This document shows positions 9,299 to 17,921 of a stretch of 64,000 bases of DNA, one piece after another (position 1 is the first letter of the stretch; each line of letters begins with the position of its first letter). The notes under the pieces were generated by a model, which was given only the letters and a program-made list of their open reading frames with translations, was not told where the DNA came from and did not search any database. A program made the translations under genes and the position numbers. Location of the stretch: positions 98,300-162,299 of the IMG/VR virus record IMGVR_UViG_3300028394_000044. One strand, given 5' to 3'. Source of the DNA: a virus.

Positions 9299-9523
9299 AT
9301 GAAATCAAAAATCTTTATTGTTCAACGTGACAACGACAAGTATTTTAAGCAGAAACTGCCTACATGGCGCAATGGTTTCTGTGAAATCGTCCGGAATGTC
9401 ACTATTGAAAAGGACCCGCACGATATTTACCAAGATGGTGAATGGGGTTACATCACGGTCTATGGCCGTAAGATTTATGTCACACGGGCAGGCACTGAAT
9501 TTGCATTTGAAATTCGTGGCTAA
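9299..9523 (+). CDS. Hypothetical early protein
   Basis: ATG 9299, just after the stop of the previous gene. Confidence 0.55.
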   Translation: MKSKIFIVQRDNDKYFKQKLPTWRNGFCEIVRNVTIEKDPHDIYQDGEWGYITVYGRKIYVTRAGTEFAFEIRG

Positions 9524-9529
9524 AAAGAC

Positions 9530-9577
9530 TTGACAAGTACCCGGAATCGTGTATAATAGAGCCATAGAGAGAAAAAA
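9530..9577 (+). promoter_or_regulatory. Repeated early promoter cassette
   Basis: TTGACAagtacccGGAATCGTGTATAATAGAGCCATAGA. Confidence 0.85.
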
Positions 9578-9796
9578 ATGAACGATTTAAATTCTATTTC
9601 AGTTGCTGATATGATGGCTGCCTTGGCTCGTTTGCCTGCGGATGCACGTTTGGTGGTTACTCATTCCGGTTATTACTGCTATGATGACTTTGCAGATATT
9701 TACGCACCTACTCCAGTGGATGCTAACGGTGACCGTGTTATGTATCCAGCGGATGCAGTTGCTTGGTCTATCGGTCATTCTCATCAGTCTTATTAA
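9578..9796 (+). CDS. Hypothetical early protein
   Basis: Cassette-driven ORF. Confidence 0.6.
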   Translation: MNDLNSISVADMMAALARLPADARLVVTHSGYYCYDDFADIYAPTPVDANGDRVMYPADAVAWSIGHSHQSY

Positions 9797-9881
9797 TACC
9801 TGACTAAACCGGTCAGGTATTTCTTGCCATGGGTACGGAATCGTGTATAATAGAGCCATAGATTAGAGAAAAGGTTAGAAA
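9795..9881 (+). promoter_or_regulatory. Palindrome plus repeated early promoter cassette
   Basis: AATACCTGAC-N7-GTCAGGTATT, then TTGCCA..GGAATCGTGTATAATAGAGCCATAGA..AGAAAAGGTTAGAAAATG. Confidence 0.85.
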
Positions 9882-10082
9882 ATGTCATTCGAGAAAAATG
9901 TCCTGGAAGTTGTAGGTAATACTGTCGGTATTGAAGTTTTTGCTAAATTTGAGTACGGTACTTTGTTCGTTGAGTGTACACCGCGTGAAGCCTCTAAGAT
10001 TGAAACTGCATTGCTCAAAGTGGTTAATTGTGGTGTTATCGTTTCACCTGTTGCTGGTGAATTTGCTTTTGATTTTACCTAA
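9882..10082 (+). CDS. Hypothetical early protein
   Basis: Cassette-driven ORF. Confidence 0.6.
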   Translation: MSFEKNVLEVVGNTVGIEVFAKFEYGTLFVECTPREASKIETALLKVVNCGVIVSPVAGEFAFDFT

Positions 10083-10410
10083 GGAATAAAATGTCCGTTA
10101 TGTCTGACCTCTACATCCAGATTCAGGAAATGCTTGAATCTGATGAAAGTTTTTATTACATCTCCAAAAAACTTGACATTCCGGTGTCATGGGTCCTGCA
10201 AGTAAACCAAGATATGCAGGAAGATTATGTCCAAGATTAAATCTCAATTTGTAACTTCCGATGGTGTTAAAATCACCATTTATAAGCCTTCTGGACCTAG
10301 AGCTGGTGAAAAGACTTGGCGTAATAATAAGTACTCAGTTTATAACCTAGGTGCTCAAGCATGTAAGACTGGGCGGCGTAGCGTTTTTGCAACACCCGGT
10401 TAAATAATTG

Positions 10411-10438
10411 TTGACTATTTCCCGGGAACGTGTATAAT
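10411..10438 (+). promoter_or_regulatory. Early promoter
   Basis: TTGACT..GGAACGTGTATAAT. Confidence 0.8.
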
Positions 10439-10578
10439 AGGTACTGTTGAGTTGATAAATTGTTTGGAGTTTTTATGTTGACCTTTGTTTTGTGTGTTTT
10501 TACTGTTTGTGTCTTGGCTGGCGCTTTTGTTGGTGGTTCAGTCAAAACTTTGGGTTAATTTTTACACAGGAGAATAAA

Positions 10579-10773
10579 ATGTCCTACTATTTTGCTATGT
10601 TTACTGATGCTGGTAATGCGGCTGTTTTAGATGTGTGCGTTTATGCTAAGACCAATGGTCTAAGTTGGAATAATGTCTGTGACCAATTAGAGGATTTGTC
10701 GAGACTTGAAGGTTTTGGTGAAGCTACGGATACAGAAGTCCGTGAATGTGTTTGGTTATATCTTGGCTACTAA
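10579..10773 (+). CDS. Hypothetical early protein
   Basis: AGGAG RBS; contains EATDTEVRE. Confidence 0.6.
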   Translation: MSYYFAMFTDAGNAAVLDVCVYAKTNGLSWNNVCDQLEDLSRLEGFGEATDTEVRECVWLYLGY

Positions 10774-10790
10774 GATAAGAGGACTCAAAA

Positions 10791-11165
10791 ATGACTACAG
10801 AATTGAAATCTTGGGATAAGTTGACAGTGTTGGAACAGGCTCATTATACCTATTGGGAAATGCACAAGGATGCATACGGTTTCCGTCCCCGTGGTATTGA
10901 TACTTCAACTTGGACCTTGGCCGAGTTTGAGGCTGAGTTCGTAGTCCTTGGCCAAGCTATTGAAGCTGGAGAAAAGGCTCGTCTAGAAGAAGAATCTCGT
11001 GCTATTGTGGAGTTTGAAAACCGTGTTACAAATTTAATGCACCCCGGTACTAACCGTGAGCGTGTTATTTCATGGTTGATGGATGCTGAAAGTGCTAACG
11101 GAGATTTTGAGTACTTTTGTTTCACACAGGGTTTACCCTATCAATACTTTCATAAGGTAGCATAA
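10791..11165 (+). CDS. Conserved hypothetical phage protein
   Basis: HKDAYGFRPRG motif seen in T4-like early proteins. Confidence 0.65.
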   Translation: MTTELKSWDKLTVLEQAHYTYWEMHKDAYGFRPRGIDTSTWTLAEFEAEFVVLGQAIEAGEKARLEEESRAIVEFENRVTNLMHPGTNRERVISWLMDAESANGDFEYFCFTQGLPYQYFHKVA

Positions 11166-11166
11166 C

Positions 11167-11195
11167 TTGCCAATAAATGGGTATTGTGCTATAAT
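11167..11195 (+). promoter_or_regulatory. Early promoter
   Basis: TTGCCA-17-TATAAT followed by the shared ATAGATTAGAGAAAA leader. Confidence 0.8.
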
Positions 11196-11226
11196 AGAAT
11201 CATAGATTAGAGAAAAAGGAATTAAG

Positions 11227-11556
11227 ATGCTTACAGATACAGACTTTCCTGCGGTACATGCTACTGCATCCATGGCCGCTAGAAAAACAACCGAAGACTT
11301 TTTAGCAAAAAATGGTGACCGTGATTGTTGCGGTTTTGCTTGGGTTAATGTGTACAAAGTGCGATCCAATAGCAAATTGGGTAAGGCTCTGGTAAAAGTT
11401 GGATTTTCAAAATCCTATGAAGGCGGTTTACAGTTGTGGAATCCAAGCGGTTCATTTACACAATGCATCACTGCTAAAGAGGAAGGCGCTAGAGCATATG
11501 CCTCCGAGTTGCGAAAATATGGTATTGAAGCCTATGCTGGTTCAAGAATGGATTAA
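11227..11556 (+). CDS. Conserved hypothetical phage protein
   Basis: CGFAWV...KEEGARAYA...YAGSRMD. Confidence 0.65.
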   Translation: MLTDTDFPAVHATASMAARKTTEDFLAKNGDRDCCGFAWVNVYKVRSNSKLGKALVKVGFSKSYEGGLQLWNPSGSFTQCITAKEEGARAYASELRKYGIEAYAGSRMD

Positions 11557-11595
11557 ATTATACAGTATGTTTAACCTGTTATAAGAAAGATCCAG

Positions 11596-11817
11596 ATGAA
11601 CGAACGAATTGAAGAACTTGCCATACAGTCTGGTTTACCAACTGCACTTGATTATCACCAAAAACGATACGAGAAGTTCGCCCACCTGTTGATGCGTGAA
11701 ATTATGAGAGTTCAAGTCTCGTATCAAACAGGCATGGACTTAGAGAATAAAAAAATGGATAACCCAGCAAGAGAATTGACTTGGGCAGTGATTGAACATT
11801 TCGGAGTTGAAGAATGA
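11596..11817 (+). CDS. MNERIxELA...FGVEE paralog 1
   Basis: N- and C-terminal motifs shared with 12020 and 12211. Confidence 0.65.
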   Translation: MNERIEELAIQSGLPTALDYHQKRYEKFAHLLMREIMRVQVSYQTGMDLENKKMDNPARELTWAVIEHFGVEE

Positions 11818-12023
11818 ACAAGCGTAAAATCACCACCCGAGTTATCCTTGACGGTGTTGTGGATAATACCTTTACACAGATGCGACAGGTTTACGTTGAC
11901 GATAAAGGTGAGTATGTAAATTGCGACCGCAATCGGTATCACATTACTAATGATAGTTTTGACATTGTTTATACTACTGGTCGAGCATTTACATTCGCAG
12001 AAGTGTTAAAGGATTTGGTATGA
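11814..12023 (+). CDS. Hypothetical protein
   Basis: ATGA overlaps at both ends. Confidence 0.6.
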   Translation: MNKRKITTRVILDGVVDNTFTQMRQVYVDDKGEYVNCDRNRYHITNDSFDIVYTTGRAFTFAEVLKDLV

Positions 12024-12214
12024 ACGAACGAATTAAAGAACTGGCTGAACAAGTGGATAAAGAGTTCAATAGTCCTTATGACAGGCATAAAGCGATTGAA
12101 AGATTCGCCCAGTTGATTGTTCGGGAATGTGCCCTTACTGCTGGTTTGATGGAACGTGAAGGTCGCATGGGTATTGGAGCACAAATATTAGATAATTTCG
12201 GAGTTGAAGAATGA
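12020..12214 (+). CDS. MNERIxELA...FGVEE paralog 2
   Basis: Shared motifs; ATGA overlaps. Confidence 0.65.
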   Translation: MNERIKELAEQVDKEFNSPYDRHKAIERFAQLIVRECALTAGLMEREGRMGIGAQILDNFGVEE

Positions 12215-12417
12215 ACGAACGAATTAAAGAACTTGCTGAACAGGCTACTACTTACATTGAGCCAACATCAAACAGTGGTGAAGGTTGGATCTTTGATAAA
12301 GAAAAGTTCGCCGAGTTGATTGTGAAAGAAACGATGCAAGTTGTTGCTAACCAATTGCCAAGCAATCAATATCTTGATGTGGCACATGCAGTAATAGAAC
12401 ATTACAAGGAACATTGA
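12211..12417 (+). CDS. MNERIxELA paralog 3
   Basis: Shared N-terminus and EKFAELIV. Confidence 0.65.
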   Translation: MNERIKELAEQATTYIEPTSNSGEGWIFDKEKFAELIVKETMQVVANQLPSNQYLDVAHAVIEHYKEH

Positions 12418-12551
12418 TGTTACTTGAAATTCTAGGATTTGTTATTGGAGTGATTGGTTTGCTTTTGCTTTTCCGTTGGGTAGACCGGGTTAGAACCGAT
12501 CCTTTAGATTACCCTCAAGATTATTATTAAGAAACATTTTGGAGTTGAAGA

Positions 12552-12740
12552 ATGATTGAATTAGATGATGAAATTGCTGATGGTATCACTAAGGCTTCCT
12601 TGAAGTGGCACCGAGACAATACAAAAGATATGGTGGAAAAACATCAAAGAGGTGAGTATGTCCATCCTGATGATGTTGTTTATAATATTGAGTTGCTAAG
12701 AGCATTGAATGTGGTTCTAGCGTATTTTGGAGAAAAATGA
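12552..12740 (+). CDS. Hypothetical protein
   Basis: Starts inside the junction repeat; overlaps the RNA ligase start. Confidence 0.6.
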   Translation: MIELDDEIADGITKASLKWHRDNTKDMVEKHQRGEYVHPDDVVYNIELLRALNVVLAYFGEK

Positions 12741-13747
12741 TGCGTAAAATGGCTACTCTACGGAAGATTGATGCATTGCTGCCTATTGAAGGAGCTGATG
12801 CTATTGAGGCTGCTGTTGTTGGTGGCTGGAAAGTTGTAGTTAAAAAAGGTGAGTTTACAGTCGGTGATTTGGCTGTGTACTGTGAAATCGATTCTTGGAT
12901 TCCTACTGAATTGGCTCCATTCCTCTCTAAAGGTAAAGAACCGCGAGAGTATGAGGGTATTAAAGGCGAAAGGCTCAAAACGGTTAAACTCCGTGGTCAA
13001 TTGTCACAAGGTCTATTGCTGAATCTTGATAATGTTTTACAGGATACTAATTCGTTCCAAGAAGGTGATGATGTTTCCGAAGTATTGAATATTGTGAAGT
13101 GGGACCGCCCTATGCCAGCACAATTAGCTGGCATGGCTAAAGGTAACTTTCCATCATTGATTCCTAAGACGGATCAGGAACGTGTTCAAAACTTGACTAA
13201 GGAAATTGAAGCGGCTAAATCATTGCGGTTCGAGGTGACTGAAAAGCTGGAAGGCTCTTCTATGACCGTATACATGATTGATGGCGAATTCGGTGTTTGC
13301 TCACGTAATATGGACTTGAAGCGGGATGAAAATAACTCATTCTGGAAAGTTGCTATTCGTGATAACATTGAATTGAAGATTCGTTCTATGGACATGGACA
13401 ATGTTGCTATTCAAGGTGAATTGATTGGTCCTGGTATTCAAGGCAATATCTATAAACTAGACTCACTGGAATTCTATGTTTTTGATATGTACAGCATTAA
13501 AGCTGGTCAGTACATTTCTCCAAAGATGCGGGAATATTATGCGAATCAACTTAGGATGAAACATGTTCCAGTGTTGATGGTGAACGAAGACCTTGGTACT
13601 GGTTCTATTGATGAACTTCTACAGTGGGCGGAAGGTAAATCTAAGTTGAACCCTAAACAGGAACGTGAAGGTATCGTTTTTAAACAGGTTGATGGTGGAA
13701 TGACTTTTAAAGCTATTTCAAACAAGTACCTTCTTGGAGAAAAGTGA
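12737..13747 (+). CDS. ATP-dependent RNA ligase, DRB0094 (Rnl5-like) family
   Basis: N-terminal IEGADAIE..VGGW..YCEIDS domain; motif I TEKLEGSS, QGELIG, FDM, EGIV and FKAIS. Confidence 0.9.
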   Translation: MMRKMATLRKIDALLPIEGADAIEAAVVGGWKVVVKKGEFTVGDLAVYCEIDSWIPTELAPFLSKGKEPREYEGIKGERLKTVKLRGQLSQGLLLNLDNVLQDTNSFQEGDDVSEVLNIVKWDRPMPAQLAGMAKGNFPSLIPKTDQERVQNLTKEIEAAKSLRFEVTEKLEGSSMTVYMIDGEFGVCSRNMDLKRDENNSFWKVAIRDNIELKIRSMDMDNVAIQGELIGPGIQGNIYKLDSLEFYVFDMYSIKAGQYISPKMREYYANQLRMKHVPVLMVNEDLGTGSIDELLQWAEGKSKLNPKQEREGIVFKQVDGGMTFKAISNKYLLGEK

Positions 13748-13819
13748 TAATACTTGACCGGAGAGTGTGAATACTTTTTACTGACTTGACAACTGGCGTG
13801 GTTGTGTTAAACTGTACCT

Positions 13820-14041
13820 ATGTTGAAAGTTATTGAGTTTGTTGGTGTTTTTTGTGGTATTCTTGGGTCATTCTTGGTGGCTCGGGGAGTACTTTCCATT
13901 GGTTTCTGTCTTTTCTTGGTCTCTTCTGTAGCATTATGTTACTCAGCTATTAAGCAAAAGAATTGGAATTTAACATTGTTGCAAAGTGCATTCTTATTTT
14001 CGAATGTACTTGGTGTTTCTAATTATGTTTTTGGAATTTAA
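13820..14041 (+). CDS. Small membrane protein (leaderless)
   Basis: Three hydrophobic segments; ATG 6 nt after the -10 (TAAACT) of the promoter at 13786. Confidence 0.6.
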   Translation: MLKVIEFVGVFCGILGSFLVARGVLSIGFCLFLVSSVALCYSAIKQKNWNLTLLQSAFLFSNVLGVSNYVFGI

Positions 14042-14043
14042 TC

Positions 14044-14598
14044 ATGTTTAAAATTGAAACTCTGAAGGTAAAAGGTAGTGTTGCGGATTTTCTTACTGAA
14101 ATTCAAAATATTATGGGTATGAAATATCTTGGTTCTGGTATTAATGGTCGTGCATTTGCAGTTGATAATACAGAAATTATCAAAGTTTTTTATAAAGATG
14201 ATGCATATCGATATTTCATTAAGAAATTATCAAAATTAAAACAAGAAAATAGTTTTGCACCACGTATCAACTATGTCTTGAAATTAAAAGGTAATTTTGA
14301 AACCTGCTACATGGTTTCTATGGAACGTTTATTAGGTGTTAATGAATTGAAGAAACCAGAACGTGAGAAATTTTATGAATTTCAGCGTTTTATTGAGAGA
14401 TATATTAGTGATGATTTGCCTTTTCCTAAAAAAATTATTGATCCAATCTTTCCAAAAGAATTGATTGATATTCTTGAGATTATCGAGACTGGTACAAAAA
14501 AACTTCGTTTTGCTTGTGATTTACATGCAGGTAATGTAATGGTCCGTGCAAATGGTGATTATGTTATTACCGATCCTATGGTTGGTGATTACGATTGA
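14044..14598 (+). CDS. Protein kinase-like enzyme
   Basis: LGSGING glycine loop, IIK lysine, MERL hinge, DLHAGNVM catalytic loop and ITDP. Confidence 0.75.
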   Translation: MFKIETLKVKGSVADFLTEIQNIMGMKYLGSGINGRAFAVDNTEIIKVFYKDDAYRYFIKKLSKLKQENSFAPRINYVLKLKGNFETCYMVSMERLLGVNELKKPEREKFYEFQRFIERYISDDLPFPKKIIDPIFPKELIDILEIIETGTKKLRFACDLHAGNVMVRANGDYVITDPMVGDYD

Positions 14599-14599
14599 T

Positions 14600-14658
14600 G
14601 TTGTATTTGTGCAACAATGCAAAAAAGTTGTTGACATGTTGGCTGGAACGTGTATAAT
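14600..14658 (+). promoter_or_regulatory. GTTG-N8-CAAC palindrome plus early promoter
   Basis: Palindrome at 14600-14615; TTGACA 14631; TATAAT 14653. Confidence 0.8.
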
Positions 14659-14687
14659 AGATTATGTTGAGTTGAAAAGGAATTGAT

Positions 14688-14939
14688 ATGACTGTTTATT
14701 GCCTCTGGTCTTCTGGTTACAGCGTTTCCGCTTCTTTAGCGGTTTCTATTGTGAAGGAATCTGATAAAGCTATTCAGTTCCAGGTTCTGGACAATGAAAA
14801 ATGTCTCTTCTGGTTGCCTAAAAAAGCGGTGAAGTTTGATACGAAAACTGAAGGTGTCATAAATCTGGCTTCTTGGTTTGCAAAAGATTCGTTTTTAGCT
14901 TCTATGTTCAATCGGTACGGCAATCACTACAAAAGGTAA
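14688..14939 (+). CDS. Hypothetical early protein
   Basis: ESDKAI..WLPKK; AAGGA RBS. Confidence 0.6.
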   Translation: MTVYCLWSSGYSVSASLAVSIVKESDKAIQFQVLDNEKCLFWLPKKAVKFDTKTEGVINLASWFAKDSFLASMFNRYGNHYKR

Positions 14940-14940
14940 T

Positions 14941-15159
14941 ATGATTCGCAAAAAAAACATTCATAGAGGTCCATTGATTATTGATTTGACTGGACCTGAA
15001 GGTAATGCATATTGTCTTATGGGTTATGCAACAAAATTTTCTAGGCAACTAGGGCTTGATTCTGAGTCTATCATTGATGAAATGAAGTCTGGCGACTATG
15101 AAAACTTAATTAAGGTTTTTGATAGTTATTTTGGTAATTATGTTATTTTGGAGAAGTGA
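14941..15159 (+). CDS. Conserved hypothetical phage protein
   Basis: IDLTGPEGNAY...MKSGDYE. Confidence 0.65.
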   Translation: MIRKKNIHRGPLIIDLTGPEGNAYCLMGYATKFSRQLGLDSESIIDEMKSGDYENLIKVFDSYFGNYVILEK

Positions 15160-15161
15160 AA

Positions 15162-15539
15162 ATGGGTACTCGTTCTTTGACTTTTGTGTATGATGATTTG
15201 TCTCCTGTTATGTGTATGTACCGTCAATTTGATGGTTATCCTTCAGGTCATGGTCGTGAGCTTGCTACATTCTTGACTGGTTTTGATGCTATCGTAAATG
15301 GTATTCCTGTTGGTGATAAACGTAAAATCGCCAATGGTATGGGTTGCCTTGCTGCTCAATTGGTTGGTAATTTTAAAGTTGGAGTTGGTGGTTTTTATTT
15401 GTATCCTACCGATACCACTGATGTTGGTGAGGAATATGTGTATCACTTGTACTCCGATAAAATTGTCGTGAAAGATGGTGATGGTGCAAAACTGTTCACT
15501 GGTACTTGGTCCGAGTTTTCTAAATACTGCCAAGAATAA
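15162..15539 (+). CDS. Conserved hypothetical phage protein
   Basis: MGTRS...YRQFDGYPSGHG...EEYVY. Confidence 0.65.
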   Translation: MGTRSLTFVYDDLSPVMCMYRQFDGYPSGHGRELATFLTGFDAIVNGIPVGDKRKIANGMGCLAAQLVGNFKVGVGGFYLYPTDTTDVGEEYVYHLYSDKIVVKDGDGAKLFTGTWSEFSKYCQE

Positions 15540-15669
15540 TATATGTGGCTAAAACTTAAAATTTTATGTTGGAAAATGTCAATACAATCCGTTCTCATAG
15601 AGTGGATTGTGCTTGTGGCATTAGGAATATTGTTGCTAACTGCAATTGCAATTTGATTGGAAAAACTAA

Positions 15670-15870
15670 ATGGCATATATTGACGTTGATTTATCTGAAT
15701 TCAGTGATGAAGAATTGATGGAAGAATTAGAAGACCGGGGTTTATATGAATCTAAAGGCATAAACGTGTCAGAATTGGTTGATAAAATTTATCAACTACG
15801 TAGATTAGGAAAAAACTTCGATAAAGAATTGGACCTATTGCTTTATGATATGACGGGTCACACTCTATAA
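15670..15870 (+). CDS. Hypothetical protein
   Basis: VDLSEFSDEELMEELEDRG. Confidence 0.6.
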   Translation: MAYIDVDLSEFSDEELMEELEDRGLYESKGINVSELVDKIYQLRRLGKNFDKELDLLLYDMTGHTL

Positions 15871-16006
15871 GGATTAAAAATGTTTAAGCCGAGGAATTTC
15901 ATAGCAAAAGATTTACGCACACCAAAATATCGAATGCGGGTAATTCCTTTGGCAAAAATGTATGACAGAAAAAAAGAAGTTGCTAAATTCATTCGAGAAT
16001 TAAAAG

Positions 16007-16366
16007 ATGGAAACTAAAATGCAAGATTATGATGGCATGATGTTTCTGCCTATGGATACTGATAATGAAGATGAGGATGCGCTTGAGTTTAAGTTCATTA
16101 CATTCAATGAAGATTTTGGTAAAAAGATAGAGGGTAATACTCTTGGTGAAAAATATCACGTGGCATTTTTTAAATGTGATGATGAAGGTGAATATACCTT
16201 CGATGAAACGTTTGAGGCTATCTTTATGGATCCTGTAGAGTATGCTAAAACATTTGTTGGTATGAATCTAGCCGGCACATTTATCAAAAAACGCGAAAAA
16301 ACAACGGAATGGTTTAAAAATTACTTGCAAGGTATCTTAGATACGTGTAAAATACAGAATGTTTAA
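16007..16366 (+). CDS. Hypothetical acidic protein
   Basis: ORF in a co-oriented run. Confidence 0.55.
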   Translation: METKMQDYDGMMFLPMDTDNEDEDALEFKFITFNEDFGKKIEGNTLGEKYHVAFFKCDDEGEYTFDETFEAIFMDPVEYAKTFVGMNLAGTFIKKREKTTEWFKNYLQGILDTCKIQNV

Positions 16367-16379
16367 TGAAAGGATTATT

Positions 16380-16670
16380 ATGAATGTTTTTTCTGATGGT
16401 GTGAATGATGTTGCTGGTCGTGAATGGTTAATTGGTGCATTGACAAAAGGCACTTTGACTGTCAAGTTTGTAAAATTGGATGGTACAGTTCGGAGTATGA
16501 CTTGTACTTTGGATCCTGCTTTACTTCCGAAATCTGTGAACACAGAAAAACCTAAAGTTGAACGAAAGAAATCACCAGATGTTCTTGCTGTGTATGATAC
16601 GATTGAACAGGGTTGGCGATCATTTCGTTGGGATTCGGTTGAGTCTGTAATTTTTGATTCTAATAATTAA
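16380..16670 (+). CDS. SH3-like/WYL_2 (DUF2693-like) protein
   Basis: FVKLDGTVRSMTCTL...GWRSFRWD. Confidence 0.75.
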   Translation: MNVFSDGVNDVAGREWLIGALTKGTLTVKFVKLDGTVRSMTCTLDPALLPKSVNTEKPKVERKKSPDVLAVYDTIEQGWRSFRWDSVESVIFDSNN

Positions 16671-16687
16671 ATTTTAAAAGGTAAAAA

Positions 16688-16975
16688 ATGAAATATATTG
16701 TGGAAACTTTGAGTTTGTTTAAGCTGTATCATGTAGTAGAAGCCGAAAATGAGGCTGATGCTATGTTGATTGCAGAAAATGCTGATGATAATTATCAAGA
16801 CTGGCTTGGTATTACTAAATGTGACATTGAAGAATGTACGGATATTAGACTTGAGAAATTAAAAGGTAAAGAATATTTTTTTGACGGTGTTTCCTTTATC
16901 AATGATGAAGGTTTTATTGCATATAAACATGCTGACGGAAATACTCGTACCATCGATAGTGTTAAAGTAAAGTAA
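16688..16975 (+). CDS. Hypothetical protein
   Basis: AAGGT RBS; VVEAENEADA. Confidence 0.6.
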   Translation: MKYIVETLSLFKLYHVVEAENEADAMLIAENADDNYQDWLGITKCDIEECTDIRLEKLKGKEYFFDGVSFINDEGFIAYKHADGNTRTIDSVKVK

Positions 16976-17030
16976 AAAATATTTTCAAAAAGTCTATTGC
17001 CAAAAGAAAAAAAGCATATATACTAGTACT

Positions 17031-17156
17031 ATGATGAATAAACATTCCTTTAAACAACCAACGCGAATTAATTCGTGGTTAGCCAACTATTGCCTTGAGG
17101 ATTCAAGAGTAATTGGTGAAAGTGGAAAAGGGGTTAGTGAAGGTCGAGACAACTAA
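17031..17156 (+). CDS. Putative leader peptide (41 aa, leaderless)
   Basis: TTGCCA-17-TATACT promoter, ATG 6 nt later; ends just before the terminator. Confidence 0.45.
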   Translation: MMNKHSFKQPTRINSWLANYCLEDSRVIGESGKGVSEGRDN

Positions 17157-17177
17157 AAGAAGTCTAAACTAATTTGC

Positions 17178-17212
17178 AAACCCCTAGAATCCAAAGTTCT
17201 AGGGGTTTTTTC
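17178..17212 (+). terminator. Intrinsic terminator (possible attenuator)
   Basis: AAACCCCTAGAA-loop-TTCTAGGGGTTTTTT. Confidence 0.85.
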
Positions 17213-17250
17213 TTATGTGTTGTTTTTTTACAGCATATTAGAAAAAAGAG

Positions 17251-17307
17251 TTGACAGTTGCATCGCCATCTGTTACAATGAGGTAGTTCTTTAAAAATTT
17301 GTAGAGT
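17251..17307 (+). promoter_or_regulatory. tRNA operon promoter P1 with boxA-like leader
   Basis: TTGACA-17-TACAAT, then GTTCTTTAAAAATTTGTAGAGT. Confidence 0.75.
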
Positions 17308-17314
17308 AATATTT

Positions 17315-17389
17315 ACCCGGTTAGCCAAGCGGAAAGGCAATGGACTTTGACTCCATGATGCGTAGGTTCGATCCCTCCACCGGGTGCCA
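17315..17389 (+). tRNA. tRNA-Gln(TTG)
   Basis: Cloverleaf; ATGGA-CT TTG AC-TCCAT; encoded CCA. Confidence 0.92.
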
Positions 17390-17427
17390 TATTAAAATTC
17401 ATTTAATGAGTGAGTTTCAGTATGTCT

Positions 17428-17519
17428 GGAAAGTAATGCAGGTGGGTTGGTCCGCCGACCAGCCTTGAAAACTGGGTTCTCAGAAATGGGATGGGGTTCG
17501 ACTCCTCTGCTTTCCGCCA
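17428..17519 (+). tRNA. tRNA-Ser(TGA)
   Basis: Long variable arm; CT TGA AA loop; GCCA end. Confidence 0.88.
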
Positions 17520-17539
17520 ATTTTTAAGGAGTGAATTAT

Positions 17540-17920
17540 ATGTTGTGTGTAAATTTTGAATCCCTATTAGGGAAAGTTTTAAAAGAAGTTGATGTTGATA
17601 ATGATAACATCAAATTTGTTACTGTTGATGGTGAAGTGTACAACATGTACCATGACCAAGATTGTTGCGAGTCTGTTTCAGTTGAGTCCGTTGTTGGTGA
17701 TGTTCAAGACCTGATCGGTGTTCCATTGCTTGTTGCTGAAGAGTCATCGAGCAATGAAAATCCAGAAGGTGCTGAAGTGCCAAATTACCAAGATTCGTTC
17801 ACATGGACATTCTACAAGCTAGCCACTATCAAAGGTTATGTTGACATTCGTTGGTATGGTGAGTCTAATGGCTACTATTCCGAAAGCGTTTCATTGCATA
17901 AAGTGGTAAAAGGAGTTTGA
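17540..17920 (+). CDS. Conserved hypothetical phage protein
   Basis: HDQDCCESV...WYGESNGYYS. Confidence 0.7.
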   Translation: MLCVNFESLLGKVLKEVDVDNDNIKFVTVDGEVYNMYHDQDCCESVSVESVVGDVQDLIGVPLLVAEESSSNENPEGAEVPNYQDSFTWTFYKLATIKGYVDIRWYGESNGYYSESVSLHKVVKGV

Positions 17921-17921
17921 T

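Larger units (their letters stand above)
11794..12555 (+). repeat. Dispersed gene-junction repeat TTYGGAGTTGAAGAATGA (3 copies)
   Basis: Copies end at 11817, 12214 and 12555; ATGAACGAACGAATT also occurs three times. Confidence 0.85.

Noticed and set aside
8956-12555. Repeats as a CRISPR array
   Set aside because: Spacing is irregular and gene-sized; the repeats are promoters or gene junctions
17428-17519. tRNA-Sec or a suppressor tRNA implying a recoded genome
   Set aside because: The anticodon is TGA (Ser), not TCA; no CTA, TTA or TCA anticodon tRNA was found, and core genes read through intact in the standard code
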